Shown here: piece by piece, positions 15,501 to 28,290 of the stretch | How positions within the stretch are numbered: position 1 is the first letter of the stretch | How the letters are laid out: each line of letters starts with the position of its first letter | Assembly: GCA_028534125.1 (NCBI GenBank) | Contig: CM052816.1 | Span: 39,248,001 to 39,312,000 of the forward strand | Direction: 5' to 3' | Source: Lama glama | Taxonomy: Eukaryota | DNA length: 64,000 nt | Made by a program: the position numbers and the translations under genes | The notes under the pieces: generated by a model | Told to the model about the DNA's origin: nothing | Seen by the model: only the letters and a program-made list of their open reading frames with translations | The model's database searches: none

Positions 15501-18500
15501 ATAATCTTCTGTGTCCATCTCCACTCCTAGACAGTGAAGTGTTTGAGGACAGCGACTGTCTTACTCAGCTTTGTATTCCTGATACCCAGCATAGGGCCTA
15601 GCACTGCCCAAGGTATATTGGTTGAATGAATGAATAAGGAGGGAATTGAAGAAGTATCTTAGGCTAGGGTATCCCTTTATATTTTAAAAATGCTGCTTTC
15701 TATTAAGAGGCAACATGGAACAACACTGAGCCTGTGAACCAGGAGTATTATATTTGGCAAAGAAAGAAAAGTAAATTAATCTCTCTGGGCCTCAGTTTTC
15801 CTATGAAGTGAGTAAATTTAACATCATAATTTCATCATTCTAGGTTTAAAATTTTGCCCACACCCCAGGGAAATGTGGCCATGTCTGGAGCCATTTTGGT
15901 TGTCACACCTACCGGGATGCTGCTAGCATCTAGTAGGTAGAGGCCAGGGACGCTGCTAAAATCCTACAGGCCCCAGAACTGGCCCTCCCCTGTGCCCTAC
16001 CCTAAATCAATCAATCAATCAATTAATTAAATTAAAAAAATTATTTGGTACCAAATGAGAAACTGCTTTATGTGCTTATTCTGCCTATTTGTTTTTAATG
16101 ACTGACAGAATTTATGTTATGTACTATTTTTTCCACTGCCTGTCTCTTCCATAAGAAGTGAAGCTCTGTGTGAAAAGGCAGACATTCTGTTTTTTTATTT
16201 GTTCAGCAATTAAATATGTGTTGAGTGAGTGAGTGAGTAACTGGCTGAATGGCAAGACACGACAATGCTTCTGAACTGTTCATTGGAAGTGATAACATAG
16301 GTAACTTACCCGTCTTTCATTTCTCGTTGACAGGACAGGAGAACTGGGGAACCTGACCGCTCCTTGTAACGCCAATTGTCACTGCCTGCGGTCCTATTAT
16401 TACCCTCTCTGTGGAGGAGATGGAGTCCAGTATTTCTCTCCCTGCTATGCAGGTTGTACGAATTCCGTTTCCAAAAGACATCCCAAGGTGACTTTTACGG
16501 CTCCGTTACCCTAATGAGGCAGCAAGTGTGTGTATTTACGGATGCTGCTTTATCCCGCTAGTGGGGTTATGCCGCTCCTGTTCGCCCCGTCCTGGCCTGC
16601 CTCCTCTGTTCAGAAGCCAGGCGTAAAGTTTCAGTCAAGTAAAATGAGTAAGCTCTAGAGATCTGCTGCACACACTGCACCTGTGGTCAACAGTGATGCT
16701 TAAGATTTGTTGTGGTCTTACCTTAATTTTTAAAAAAAGGCCCCTGACCACCCCAACTGAAAAAGATTCTTCTTCCTTTATACCTCAGTATCAGTTGTTG
16801 TTGAAAAATCAATTTGGCGGTTCCTCACATACATCTTTATAACATCACTTCTGTTATAATAGTGAAATATTATTTACGTTTTTACATTTTTTTTCTCAAC
16901 TAGACTTTATGCCCTTCGAAGTTAAGGGACTTCTCTTACTAAGTACAGTGTGTATAATAAAAATATAATAAATATTTGTGGCTTTTATTTGATAAGCCAT
17001 AGATACATTAAAAAATATACAAATCACTAATTCATTCTCAAATACAAATTTACTTTTAGTTCTGGATTAGAATGTTTATGTTTATTAGTCTCCCTAAATA
17101 TGATTTCTTTTTAATACAATTAAATAGTTAAGAGAATTCAATAACATTTTATTGTACTATACCTACAATCTAAAGATTCTATCTTAGCTAAGTTTAAGAG
17201 CCTTGGGAAGAAATAATATTCACATTACTAGTAGTTTGTGATACTAAGTTATGTTATGCATTAATAGATAATGTGGTAAGTTTTAAAAGACCTGCAGGAA
17301 ATATATAGTATGATATAAGAGACTGTAATGAATAAAGATATAAAGAATTATACAACAGAACAGCACAGTCTTGGATATTTGAAATACGGACTAGTGGAAT
17401 CACATTCCTTTTCCTATGTAAAGTTTAAATTGCGAAGAAAAGATTTTTACATAAATAAATAGAAATAATCTGTAAAACTAGTTCAGATTTCTTTTAGAAC
17501 TAACAGGGATATCTGTATGTGTGTGTGGTTATACACATTTATATGTTCATATGTACACACATAAATATTTGTCTTTGCATATGTATACATATCTTTAATG
17601 ATGTGTGATAAATACATTAAACATTTATCTCAACAGAGATGTAGGATTTGATCTTTCTGCTAGGGGTAAACCAGAATGTGAGAAATAGTAGACTTTTTTT
17701 TCATATTATCTAGCTTATAGATTTTAAAATAGTCATCTAAGAACATTGAAAAATACGCCAGAAAAAAATGTCTGTGATGAATCATCGCAAACTTAATAGA
17801 TCTAATTGACATGTGCAGTTTTAATCCTTGGATTAAAACAGAAAATTTCTATGAAAGTTTACTAAAAGACATCAGAAGATTTTTAAGATCCCCAAACTGA
17901 AGTTTGTCATACCTTCAAACCAGTGGACATCTAGGTTTGCTTTAGTTTCAAAACATGTTGAGAAAATTAGGTGTTTCCATCAGTTATAAAGAATCAAATT
18001 CCAAAAGCGAGCATGATACACATTATTGAATCAGAACTACCTAGAAGGTAAACTACTCCTTTGAGAGGCAGATAAGCAGGTAGCATTTTTTGTGTGTATA
18101 AAATGTAATCAATAAGTGCTATTAACTAACTAATTAGAAGGTTATGACAAGGAATTAAATTATTAGAAGGGTTTTACCCACATACAAAATGTACAGACAC
18201 AAATACCATCATGTGCAAGGAAACCAAAATAAATAAATGAATAAATGCAAATCTAATTCCCAAACACACTTGAAATGGTGTTGGTTGTTTTGATATGGTT
18301 AATTTGCTACTTACGTTTGTCACCAAATACTATCATTGCCATTTTAAAGAATAAATTGTCTTCTAAGGATTGTTTAGGAAAAGCAAGTTATTTTGATTTC
18401 CAAATTTTCTCTTTGTCCTGGCTTTTTTTATGTCTAACTAGTCCATGTAACAACTCATTTTTTTCAGAGGATTTTTTTTTCTTATGGAATATTTCAGATA

Positions 18501-21500
18501 GGCAAAATGCACTGATAATAATGCAATAAACACCTACGCACACTTGTTCACAGAAATAGAATGTAGTTCATACCAGTGACCCAAACTACAAAAACAGATG
18601 TTGACTAACAGCTAGCTATATTGTAGGCAAATGTGTACTTTTTTCATGTAAGAGAGTAGTAAAATCCATCAGGATAGAAATGACTGTTTTCAGTTTTTCT
18701 TCTTAAAATTTTTAAAGGCTACCTTACTTCATTATTTGATATATCTGATTGCTGAGTATGTAATAGTTCATTTTAGGGGTGTCACCTGCATGTTTGGGTT
18801 TCCTGAGTCAGTACCAGCGTCTCTGGCCTTCAGAACAATAAAAGCACTGCTTTACTTTGACTTTTCTAGCTCTGCTATGACTTTATTGAGGCCTTAAACA
18901 TATAAAAAGATTTGCAGTAAGGATGTAATTGAGACATAAAAAGCCTTTAAAAAATGATTATGCCTAACTTTCAAATACCTGAATTCTTTTCCTACAAAAG
19001 TAATACTTGTTTTGGGGGGGGTAATAAATTAGGAGTTTGAACATATACACACTGCTATATATAAAACAGATAAACAACAAGGACCTACTGTACAGCACAG
19101 GGAACAATATTCAATATCTTATAACAACCTATAATGGAAAAGAATCTGAAAATATATATAATTGAACCAACTTGCTGTATACCTGAAACTAACACAACAT
19201 TGTAAATCAACTATACTTCAATTTAAAAAGTAATACTTGTAATTTTTAAACATGGTACTTTCCAACATTTCATATTATTAATTTATATGTATACATATAC
19301 ATATTAAATGGTTAACATATTATGTATAAAATAGCCTTCAGGATAATCTAATAACTTCTAGTTTTTGATTATCATAAATATGTCATCTTAAGAGACATAC
19401 AGTTTGCTTTTAGTAAAGCAAAAAAAAATTCAGAAAATTATAGTAAAAAGGTTTAGATTAAAGTAGTATTTTTTCCACAAAAGTTGTGTGACATAATTAG
19501 TTGATTTTACTGTGGCACTTATTAAAATTATAGTGTGTTCAAACTAGCATAGTGAAATTATTATGCATGCTTCTCTTTGTGTCCTAATAATTGAAAAGAA
19601 GAAAATTAGCAGGAAAAATCTTCGAACAGTTACGGTCTATTGAAAGCAGTCTAGAGTGTGTGAGATCATCTGATTGTTATATTCTTGTCCATTTATTTTA
19701 TAAGCCATGAGTCAATACTAGGTTACAAGTTAAAATAGTGGACACAAAGTCAAATGTAGATTATTCTACTTCTTGTTTTTGCTTGCTTAATTTCTTAAGG
19801 GTAATTACTATTTCTCATAATTATTTCTCATATATGAATTAAGACTGTGTAAGAGTGTTTGCCATGTCTAGAAATCACCTAACTTAAAATGATAGTATGT
19901 TTTCAAGATAAGCACTTTCAGTATTTTTATGTCTGACATTTCCAGGTATATCATAACTGTTCGTGTATTGAAAGGAAAATAGAAATAACACCTACTCCAT
20001 CAAGTTTTGCTTTTGAAGCTAAAGCAGGAAAATGTCCAACTCGATGTGCAAACCTGCCCATATTTCTTGTCATTTTCTTTGCTACAATTGTGTTTACCTT
20101 TATGGCTGGTACTCCTATAACTGTGTCCATCCTAAGGTATGTGTTATGTTATGAAATTTGCCATCCCTAAGGCAACATGTTGAGTGAAAAGAAAATGGAC
20201 TTAGGGATTCATTTGGGGTTTATATTGACTGTTGGCTCCAATACCAGTTCAGGCCTTATAGGATCGTTAGTTCTATGGAACAGCTGCCTTATTGAACCCG
20301 AGATGTGTGAGGCTTACACAAGATCATGTATGTGAAAGTGTCTTACCATTGCCTATTTGGTGTTAGTTTAACTCGATGGTAGTTTCTCTGCTTCTTTCGT
20401 GAGTCTTCAGCTGTAAGCTGGAGATGTGCTGAATTGTATTTGAGTATGATGCGAATGACAGTGCATTCCACACGTGTCAGAATCAGAATGACCTGCATTC
20501 TATTCTGCCTTACACAGTAGTTGCTGTGATACTAAACTTTCCTGTAAACAGTAAAACATGCTGCCTGTCACCTGGCTCTCCACAGTGTTTTGTGCTTTCA
20601 TTTGTTCTTCCTTCTCCATTGCTTCTCAAAATATCAGCCTTTCTGTAGATTTCCTAACAAACTAGCCTTTTCCCTCTTCAATTGTTGTTTTTTGATACTC
20701 TCTCACTACCTTTTCACATACTTTTTGAGAAATGGAAACTTTAGAGATTTTGTATAAAAACATTAAGCAGTCTGTTAACATTACACCTATTACATCTGTC
20801 ACCTTTTACCTACATCTCTGTTTTTAAACACTACTTGTTCTCTTTTCTCTCCCATCTGACTCTCATGTGCCAACATCACATCTCATTCATGTTTGACAGT
20901 CATCATGTAAAAAATTTTTGTTCAATCAAATTGAGCATCAGCAACTGTTTCACACTGCCTCAGATTTGTTCTCTTAACTCACAGGTATGATTTCTGCTCA
21001 AAGTTAGCAAGAGAGTAAGAATTATTTGCTTGCAACTTAAGTCATGTGACTTGTAACTTAAGGGCTAGTCAAAAAGAAGTCTTATTAATGACTTTCCTTT
21101 CTCCATTACATTTGTTAACATTCATTTGATTCCTTTTGGTGTTATTTGTAGTAGTTTAGTTCAGGTAACATTTTTATTCTCTTATAATTCCAGAAAAGTT
21201 GAACTATATGTAAGCTATTATAAATAATTTATTTCATGTGTATAATATTTACTTTAATCTGGAAGTGCTAAGCTGGTATAAAAGTGAATTTGCTCAAAGA
21301 GTAAATATACTATACAACCATTTTTTGGTCTCATATGTGTTTAATATCCCCAGGTGTGTTAATCATAAGCAACGATCTCTAGCATTAGGAATACAGTGTA
21401 TGTTGCTTCGAATATTAGGTATGCCATTTTTCTTAATTTTTTGATAACTTTTGGTTAGTTTTGTTCATTACTGTTGTTGACTTATTTACATACAGTATGT

Positions 21501-24500
21501 GCCAAGAAAACAATAAATTTGACTACAGAAGAAAACTACGTAATTGCCATTGCAGAAAGCTGTTTTTTAATATTCAAGATACAGTATTATTTATATATCA
21601 CACAGGGAAATAATAACTCTACGTATTCACCTACCTGATTGGTTAACTGTTGTTTCTAATTCTGTTGCAAATATAACCTTAAAGAGTATATCATATTTAT
21701 CTGAAATATAATCATCAAAATAATTCTAATAGAACTTAGTAAAAGATAGATTTTTTCTATCCATATAAAACCTATTACCAATATAAATTATGCTAAAATC
21801 TTATTTATAACTACTGTAATTCCTTTTTCTCTCTGCATTTAACTACATTTGGGACATTATTATGTTGCATTAGCAATGAAAAATAATGAGTTTAAATATT
21901 TCAATAAAAACTGTACTTTAGATAGTGTGTCTAGTTAAGAATTGATGGAAGAAATAATTTATGGCAGAAAATTTTGTGAGGTTTCAGATGTAGGAAAAAT
22001 AATAAGACAGAAACTTAGTTACACACATATTAAGATTATTTATAAAAACAAAAACCAAAAGCAGGAACATTAGTGATACCAGAGAACAACTTTCCCATTT
22101 TTCAGAGGAGTAAATTAAGGACCAGAGAGATTCAGAGATTTGCCCATAGTTGCACAATTAATGGTGAAAATGAGACTAGGAAAACTCTCCTTACTCTCAG
22201 TCCAGTACTCTTTTGACTCTTTCACGCTGCAGTCATGGAAGAACAGGCTGGGCGTAGCTGAAATCTAAGACATACCACTTCAGACCATGTATTTGCTTTG
22301 TAACAACTGGAAGCTCCTTAACTGTGTGGAACTTGATTGCCTTATGACCTCATCTGGGGGAGGGTGTGTGTGTGTTTGAGATAGTAGCACTTCCAGGCGT
22401 ATTAGTATAAATGTGTGTGTGCATGTACACATGTGCACTCCCACGCACAGACATGTCAGTGTGTGTATGTACATGTATATGTATACCCACATGCCCACAT
22501 TAGTTTACATGCACATGCACATTATGCATATACTATAGTTGAGCAGATTTAGTCTGCATTAGTAATTTATTTTGATTTTTTAAAGCATAATAGCTAATTT
22601 CAAAGACAAATTCATTAAATTAGAAAAGCAGTGAATTAAAATATTTACTTAACTAAATGTTAACGTAATACATGCCAGAGATTTTTATTAAAATAATTTT
22701 TGAGTTGATTAGAAATATAATGTACAATTACTTTAGATTGTTTTGTCTGTTTTTTTATATTCTTATTATTTGCATGAGCTGATTAATTTGCATATGGATA
22801 GATTAATGCCTATTCTTATTTATATAAAATATATACATAACCATGTATAAAAAAATCTGTAACTATGAACTAATTTTTACCCATGTATATTTCACATATA
22901 ATTCTTCTAGGCACAATACCTGGACCCATTATATTTGGCATCACAATAGACAGCACGTGTATTCTCTGGGATATTAACGAATGTGGAATTAAAGGAGCTT
23001 GCTGGATTTATAATAACATCAGGATGGCCCATATGCTAGTGGCCATAAGTAAGTGGTGATTTCCTGATAACTCTAGAATAAACTGATGATGTCAACAGAC
23101 AAAAAAATCTTATTGTTAACTTACTTAGGTTTTGAAACGTTCAGTCCATGCTATTGGACTGTCCTATAGTGAAGCAGAGATCAGTGATCATAGCATGTTA
23201 TGAAAGGTCTCACCTGGAGTCTGAAAGGCTCAGTCTGAAATAGAAGGGAGTAACATTTCAGCTTCCATCACATCACATATCGTATGATTTTCTTTTAACA
23301 ACTTCTCTCAAACTTTTTTTGGAAAGTGTAGCAAAAGCTAAAAGATTTCTGAGAAACTCTGGACTGATTGTCATCTAGGCACCTGGGCTTTGGAAAGCAC
23401 GTAAAGCTGAGGTAGGGAAGTATTCTTTGGCTCTAAGGCATGTTGTGAAAAACCTTTTTATGGTTCACAAGGGCTGGCCATGATGTTTAACCCTTTTTGC
23501 CCTTGGTAGTCTGTTTTGTGTAGTCTTGGTTAAGCAATCCATGAAAATTAAGATTAAGGAAGTAGAGCAATGCATCTAGTTTTTGTAGGAGTGTGATAAA
23601 GTTTAAAATTTAAAAAAAACCTAAGAAATTAGAATATTTAAAGCTGGAGAATTCTAAATAGAAACACACACACACCGAGCTGACCCTTGAACAACCTGGG
23701 TTTGAACTGTACAGGTCCACGTATATGCAGATTGTTTTCAATAAATGCATACTACAGAAGTACTACACATTCTTCGGTTGGTTGACTCTGTGAATCTGAA
23801 ACTACAGGTACAGAGGGCAGACTGTCAAGTTATATGAGGATTTTCAACTGCATGGAGTGCTGGCACCCCAAAGCCTTGCATTGTTCAGGGGTCAACGGTG
23901 TGTGTGTGCGCGCGCGCGCGCGTGTGTGTGTGTATTTAACATAATGTGTGATTTTCATTGTGATTGTGGTTGCGATCATTTTGGCACATGTATCAAAATA
24001 GCTTTTTTCTTCCTACATGTGTTTAAACCCAGAATATGTGTCTGAATTTATAATGACAGCCTAATAAATTATTCACTGAAGAAATAAATACATAAATCCA
24101 GAAAAACGAGAGAGTAAATATTGACTAGAATAGGAAAAATTAATCTTCCCACCACTTTTACCTGTTAAAATACATTTTTTATTTAGTGATTAAAAATTTA
24201 CTTAATTGGTTATGTTTGTACTTTTGTGGCCAAATATATATATATAATGAGTTGTTCCTTTACCTACTCTGTGATGAATATGAAAATTTTCCCCCAAAAC
24301 ATATATATCTTAAAATACTCCAAAAATATTGAAACTATGGTACCTATGTAATTGGTCTTATAAATTTAGAAATGCTTAGCTCAATGAGCATTCTTGGTTT
24401 TCACATACATATTTTGAGTAAAATATTAATGATTAACACACAATTTAGCTACTGTAAACACTACATTGTGAGGTCATTTAATTTATTTGACTGGCATAGA

Positions 24501-25225
24501 TTCTTGCACTGTGGCAAGGACTAGTTTTCTCTTCAAATAACTGAGCTAACTTCAAAATCAGAGTTCTTTGAAAACAAATCACATCATGTAAAGTGGATCT
24601 TAATGTTTCATATTTTTAGTTGAGGCTTAAAAGTAAACTTTATTGAGTACTGAATGTGATACATTCTCATAGAGGCTTTTATCCTAAGAACTCCAAAGCC
24701 ATTTTTATTTTTAGAATTGCTTTTCATCGTAAGGCATGAAAATGTTGCAACTTACTATTCAGGTTCAAGGATGTTATAAGCTGTTTTCCTTGGTTAAGAA
24801 GGTACAATCATAACCAAGAATAGAAGAATTATTTATATTTTTATTGTTTAGAAAAGAAAGACTGGTTCATTGAATCGTATACAAATGTTCTATTGCAGAA
24901 TATCACCTTTATCACTAAAATTTAAAAAATTCGAAACAGCTATAATTGCCTATATACTTCTTCTCTTTAAGTAGTGAGTTTCTAGTCATGAAGAATTTCT
25001 AAATGAGAATTAATTTTTGTAATAATTATTAGAGGTCCAAATGCATGATTTTTTTTTTATTTAGGTGTTACTTGTAAAGTTGTCACCATTTTCTTCATTG
25101 GGTTTGCAATCTTTTTGTATAAACCGCCACCGTCAGGCACAGATGTGCCCTTTCTAGATCAGAGTACGGTTGTGACTACAGTTCCATTAGAATGTGACCT
25201 CAAGAAAATAGGAAATGAAGACTGA
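369..25225 (+). CDS. SLCO4C1: SLCO4C1 / OATP4C1 organic anion transporter, 5'-partial, 11 exons: join(369-551,5847-5943,7706-7827,9023-9135,11194-11338,11749-11944,16334-16487,19946-20136,21354-21418,22911-23048,25065-25225)
   Basis: Exons total 1565 nt (2 nt + 521 codons incl. stop), all phases compatible, no internal stops. OATP signature [13 protein letters not shown], Kazal-like loop [28 protein letters not shown]-terminus ..FLYKPPPSG.. match recalled SLCO4C1. Upstream exons lie outside the window. Confidence 0.96.
1178..1533 (-). mobile_element. MLT1A-like MaLR solo LTR
   Basis: tgtcttagtccatttggactgctataac..aaatttatttctcacaatcctggaggctgggaag..aaggccacacctccaaatagcatcacattggggg..cattcagtc matches recalled MLT1A/B consensus. 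Confidence 0.85.
1890..2430. mobile_element. MER21-like LTR
   Basis: ggtttattacagcaaaaggataca..aatcagcaaagggga..gatcccagatgccaaacaagggccagcc..gcctgctgtgttaac typical of MER21B/C. Confidence 0.7.
2900..4440 (-). mobile_element. Old L1M/L1ME fragments
   Basis: T-rich; tctgctcatgatgaattctctta..ttcctttcagtactttaaaagtactgttccactgcc is an antisense L1M motif. Confidence 0.55.
5847..5943 (+). CDS. SLCO4C1: SLCO4C1 exon (~exon 4), 97 nt, GC donor
   Basis: ttcttctag|GA..CAAAG|gcaagg; [31 protein letters not shown]; phase matches next exon. Confidence 0.9.
7257..7483 (+). mobile_element. Young 5'-truncated cetartiodactyl-type L1 3' end
   Basis: actgtgtagcacagggaaatatatac..acacaacattgtagaatgactataactcaataaaaaa plus A-rich tail; aaaactttt on both flanks (probable TSD). 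Confidence 0.8.
7706..7827 (+). CDS. SLCO4C1: SLCO4C1 exon (~exon 5), 122 nt, OATP signature
   Basis: tgtcacag|C..CCAG|gtaaaa; [40 protein letters not shown]. Confidence 0.96.
9023..9135 (+). CDS. SLCO4C1: SLCO4C1 exon (~exon 6), 113 nt
   Basis: ttttttaag|GT..AAG|gtaaaa; [37 protein letters not shown]. Confidence 0.93.
11194..11338 (+). CDS. SLCO4C1: SLCO4C1 exon (~exon 7), 145 nt
   Basis: ttctttag|AAT..GGAG|gtaaac; [48 protein letters not shown]. Confidence 0.95.
11749..11944 (+). CDS. SLCO4C1: SLCO4C1 exon (~exon 8), 196 nt
   Basis: ctcattag|GG..AATAG|gtaagt; [41 protein letters not shown]. Confidence 0.95.
14630..15636 (+). mobile_element. L2 LINE fragment with 3' end
   Basis: ctagacagtgaagtgtttgaggacagcgactgtc..cccagcatagggcctagcac..gttgaatgaatgaa. 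Confidence 0.7.
15850..16068. mobile_element. MER20-like hAT-Charlie element
   Basis: tgtctggagccattttggttgtcaca..tgctagcatctagtaggtagaggccagggacgctgctaaaatcctaca. Confidence 0.75.
16334..16487 (+). CDS. SLCO4C1: SLCO4C1 exon (~exon 9), 154 nt, Kazal-like loop
   Basis: cgttgacag|G..CAAG|gtgact; [51 protein letters not shown]. Confidence 0.95.
19011..19225 (+). mobile_element. 5'-truncated artiodactyl-type L1 3' end with perfect 15-bp TSD
   Basis: TSD aaaagtaatacttgt at 18996-19010 and 19226-19240; cagataaacaacaaggacctactgtacagcacaggga..tgtaaatcaactatacttcaa. Confidence 0.9.
19946..20136 (+). CDS. SLCO4C1: SLCO4C1 exon (~exon 10), 191 nt
   Basis: tttccag|GTA..CTAAG|gtatgt; [51 protein letters not shown]. 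Confidence 0.95.
21354..21418 (+). CDS. SLCO4C1: SLCO4C1 exon (~exon 11), 65 nt
   Basis: tccccag|G..TTAG|gtatgc; [21 protein letters not shown]. Confidence 0.94.
22090..22220 (-). mobile_element. MIR SINE fragment
   Basis: cccatttttcagaggagtaaattaaggaccagagagattcagagatttgcccatagttgcacaattaa core-like sequence. Confidence 0.6.
22911..23048 (+). CDS. SLCO4C1: SLCO4C1 exon (~exon 12), 138 nt
   Basis: ttcttctag|GC..ATAA|gtaagt; [45 protein letters not shown]. Confidence 0.95.
23677..23898. mobile_element. Tigger2a-like Tc1/mariner MITE
   Basis: Terminal inverted repeats gagctgacccttgaacaa ... ttgttcaggggtcaacgg. Confidence 0.8.
23898..23934. repeat. (GT)5(GC)7(GT)6 alternating purine-pyrimidine tract
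   Basis: Read directly. Confidence 0.9.
25065..25225 (+). CDS. SLCO4C1: SLCO4C1 last coding exon, stop TGA 25223-25225
   Basis: tttatttag|[54 protein letters not shown]. Confidence 0.94.
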
Positions 25226-28200
25226 AACAGAAAGAGAAGACTATTCTACAGCTTGATCAAAAACTGGCCTCCATTTGTAAGAATGCACGTTGTCACTGTA
25301 GGTTTGATACCCAATATGGATAATCATATTTTTAAAATTGATATTTTCTAATTAAATATGTTTTCTGTATATGTATGGACTCTTACTTGTTTTTGTTTTA
25401 ATCTAAGAAACATACCTGTGCCTTCAAAGCCCATCAAAAACCTCAACACACACACAAACACACACATACACACACACACATCGAGGTATGAAATCTTCAA
25501 ATAAAAAACTGTACTAGAAAGAAAAAGCCAATGATTAATTAAAAGTTTAAATTTTAAAAACAAAGTGATGTTTCTATCCCTCTTACAGCTTGTTTTATTT
25601 TAATTATTATTGCCAGTATTTGGGCTTGTTTAGAAAACTTATGGTGTAAAAATTCAAATTCATCAAGTTTATGTGCTGAGTTTCAAGAACTCTTACTGAT
25701 AGACCATGAATTTAAATCTGCCTAAATAATGTTATTTGTTTTTAAATTTACATATACTAGTCTGTCCTTGATTTATCACAGAAAGTTACTAAACTATTAG
25801 AATATAGGTTAATTACCTTCTTGTATCCCAGTACATATTGAATTCTGAGATATCAGCATTGTATACAGATATTTTCACTTTAAGTCAAGAATTCCAGGAG
25901 GTGATTTGTTGATACTGCTAATTTTTAACACTTACCTTTTATTATTCTGTGATAGTATTATTCAACTGCACGTCTTCCAGAGGAAGGTACCAGCTTCAGT
26001 AAAGTGCCAATTAGACAGATTTGAAAAGATTTCTTTTTTTCCCAATGGCTCACATACATTTTATTAGTTTTCTTTGAAAAGATTTCTTAATGAACCATTG
26101 ATTAATTTTTATATACTCAGTACATTAACTTTTCTCATTTTAAAACCTGATCACCTAGAACATTACTTAAAGCACTTAAACAGTGCTTTGCTCTTAGAAG
26201 GCATGTATTATTGTTATTTGATTAAAACAAACTCTACTGTTTAACTGATCCATTTATTTAAAGGTTAAGTATTTCACATATATGATAACATTATAATTCC
26301 ATTTTTTCAGATCAGACTTGGGCCAACTTTGTCTACTTAGAACTTGGAAGAAATAGATCAGTGAACATCAACAAAAGTAAGAATTTTACTGATTAAAAAA
26401 ATGTTGAAGTTCATACCCATTTGAAATTTCATAACAATAAGGTTGCTTACTAAGTTTTATTATCAGCTTTCCCCTGGGTTTCCTTTTTACAAGCAGTGTG
26501 TTACATACACTGTGATCAGAATAACAGAGTAAAGGCCTGGGAGGAAACCTCACTCAGAAGCACCAGTAGTTCCCAGAGTTTGAGAGATTATGTTTTGTGG
26601 TAATCAGCGGCCAAGGGTGATTCAAGAAATGAGTAGCATTTATAAAGTGAAATGCAAGAAGGAATGAATTAGAGTTGGGCAAGTGAGCACACTTGACGAT
26701 TAGAGAAGTAGAGGAACAGTGGATCAGTAGTTATCAGACCAACCGACTTAGACCAGGAACATAGAAACTCCAGAGAACAAAGCCAGGTGGTCAAACACCC
26801 AGGTATCTGAGAAGCGGGAAAGTCATAGCAACCAAAGAGACAGTTCGTGATTAACAGGAGAAAAAACACACACATGATACACCGATTCAGAAGCAATCTC
26901 CCTCACAACCAGCCAGACACACTTTAAATGATTCTTCCTGTTAGAGCCAAGGCTGAAAGGAGCTTAGGCTTTCTGTGTCCTATTGGAGGAAGCACGGAAC
27001 TGAATGGAAACATTTTCTAGCTATACAACAATGGCAAATCCTCAGGAACTCACTGATACAGATGTGAAACAACAGTAAGAGAGGAAACAATAACTACAAA
27101 ACATATTAGGCTAAGGCCGCATAATTTAGAGAAAAGAAAAAAAATTACCCCACTCATAGAAAGTTTGATAATTGAGTCACTAAATAATTGGCATTCATGA
27201 TGATTTTTAGTTATCAAGGGTTTCATTGTATTCAGCTCACTCAGTTTTTATAAGATGATACATTTTTACAAAGTTTATGATGAAAATGGTTAAAGCAAAA
27301 ATAATTTTGGCAGGTGAAAGAATTGAGACTCTTATTTATAACATACATATTTACAAAGAATACCTCCTTTCATAATAAGGCAGTATAGACACTACTGTAA
27401 TTTATACACATGGTTTATATTTTTGGATTCACCTAAATGTGTTGGTACTATGCTACTTTCAGAATGTATTTTTTCATAGTATGTATTTTTCACAATTTAT
27501 AATGATTTTTAAGTAAGCTTGAATCTGTAAGTTGACCTGTGGTGATTTTTGTACATAATTGGATATATGTCTTAAAATTTAACATTTGGATTTTCTTATA
27601 TGTAGGAAATGTAAAATTTATACATAGAAAGAACTCTATACAATTGTTTAGCTATGTAAATTAGAGGAAAGTACAGATAAAATTTTAGCTCTATTTGCTT
27701 TCAAGATTTTCTTTATTGTAAATAATTATGTTAGATGTATATATATTTTTAAAAATCAAATTTTTATACTAGATTAAGTGTTTAATCTTATTAAATGACA
27801 CATATTTTGAAATATGACTTATCTCTGTTTATGAATACATGCATATTAGATGGTTGGGAGAGGGAAAATCACTGTACTTTTGAACTTGGAGAATGTAAAT
27901 TAATCCAATGACTTCTGGTATCTCAACAGATGTATTAAATTCCATATGAAGAGCATTCATTATGAAATGTATACTAAAATTCTTTCACACAACAGTTGTG
28001 ACAGATGGATATATAGGATTTGTATGAGTGGGATATATGTGTTGCAGATGGTTTGCTGTAAAATATCTGACACTGCAAGAGTAATGTGTTTGGGGAGGTT
28101 ATACTTGATTCATCTTGGGTTATTAAAATACTCAGTATGGTATTTTTAAAGAAGTCAGATTGGACATTAATTTGAGATACGATGTTCTTTTCTCCTCACT

Positions 28201-28290
28201 GCAGCACAATCAGGTTCCTTCAGCCTTTTTGTACTCAAAACAATAAACACTGACACATGTTACATACAAATGGCAATCAAAAATAAATAA
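25226..28290 (+). other. SLCO4C1: Probable SLCO4C1 3'UTR with candidate poly(A) signals
   Basis: AATAAA at 25500-25505, 28242-28247 and 28282-28287; AT-rich, mostly unique sequence; true end not determinable from sequence alone. Confidence 0.45.
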
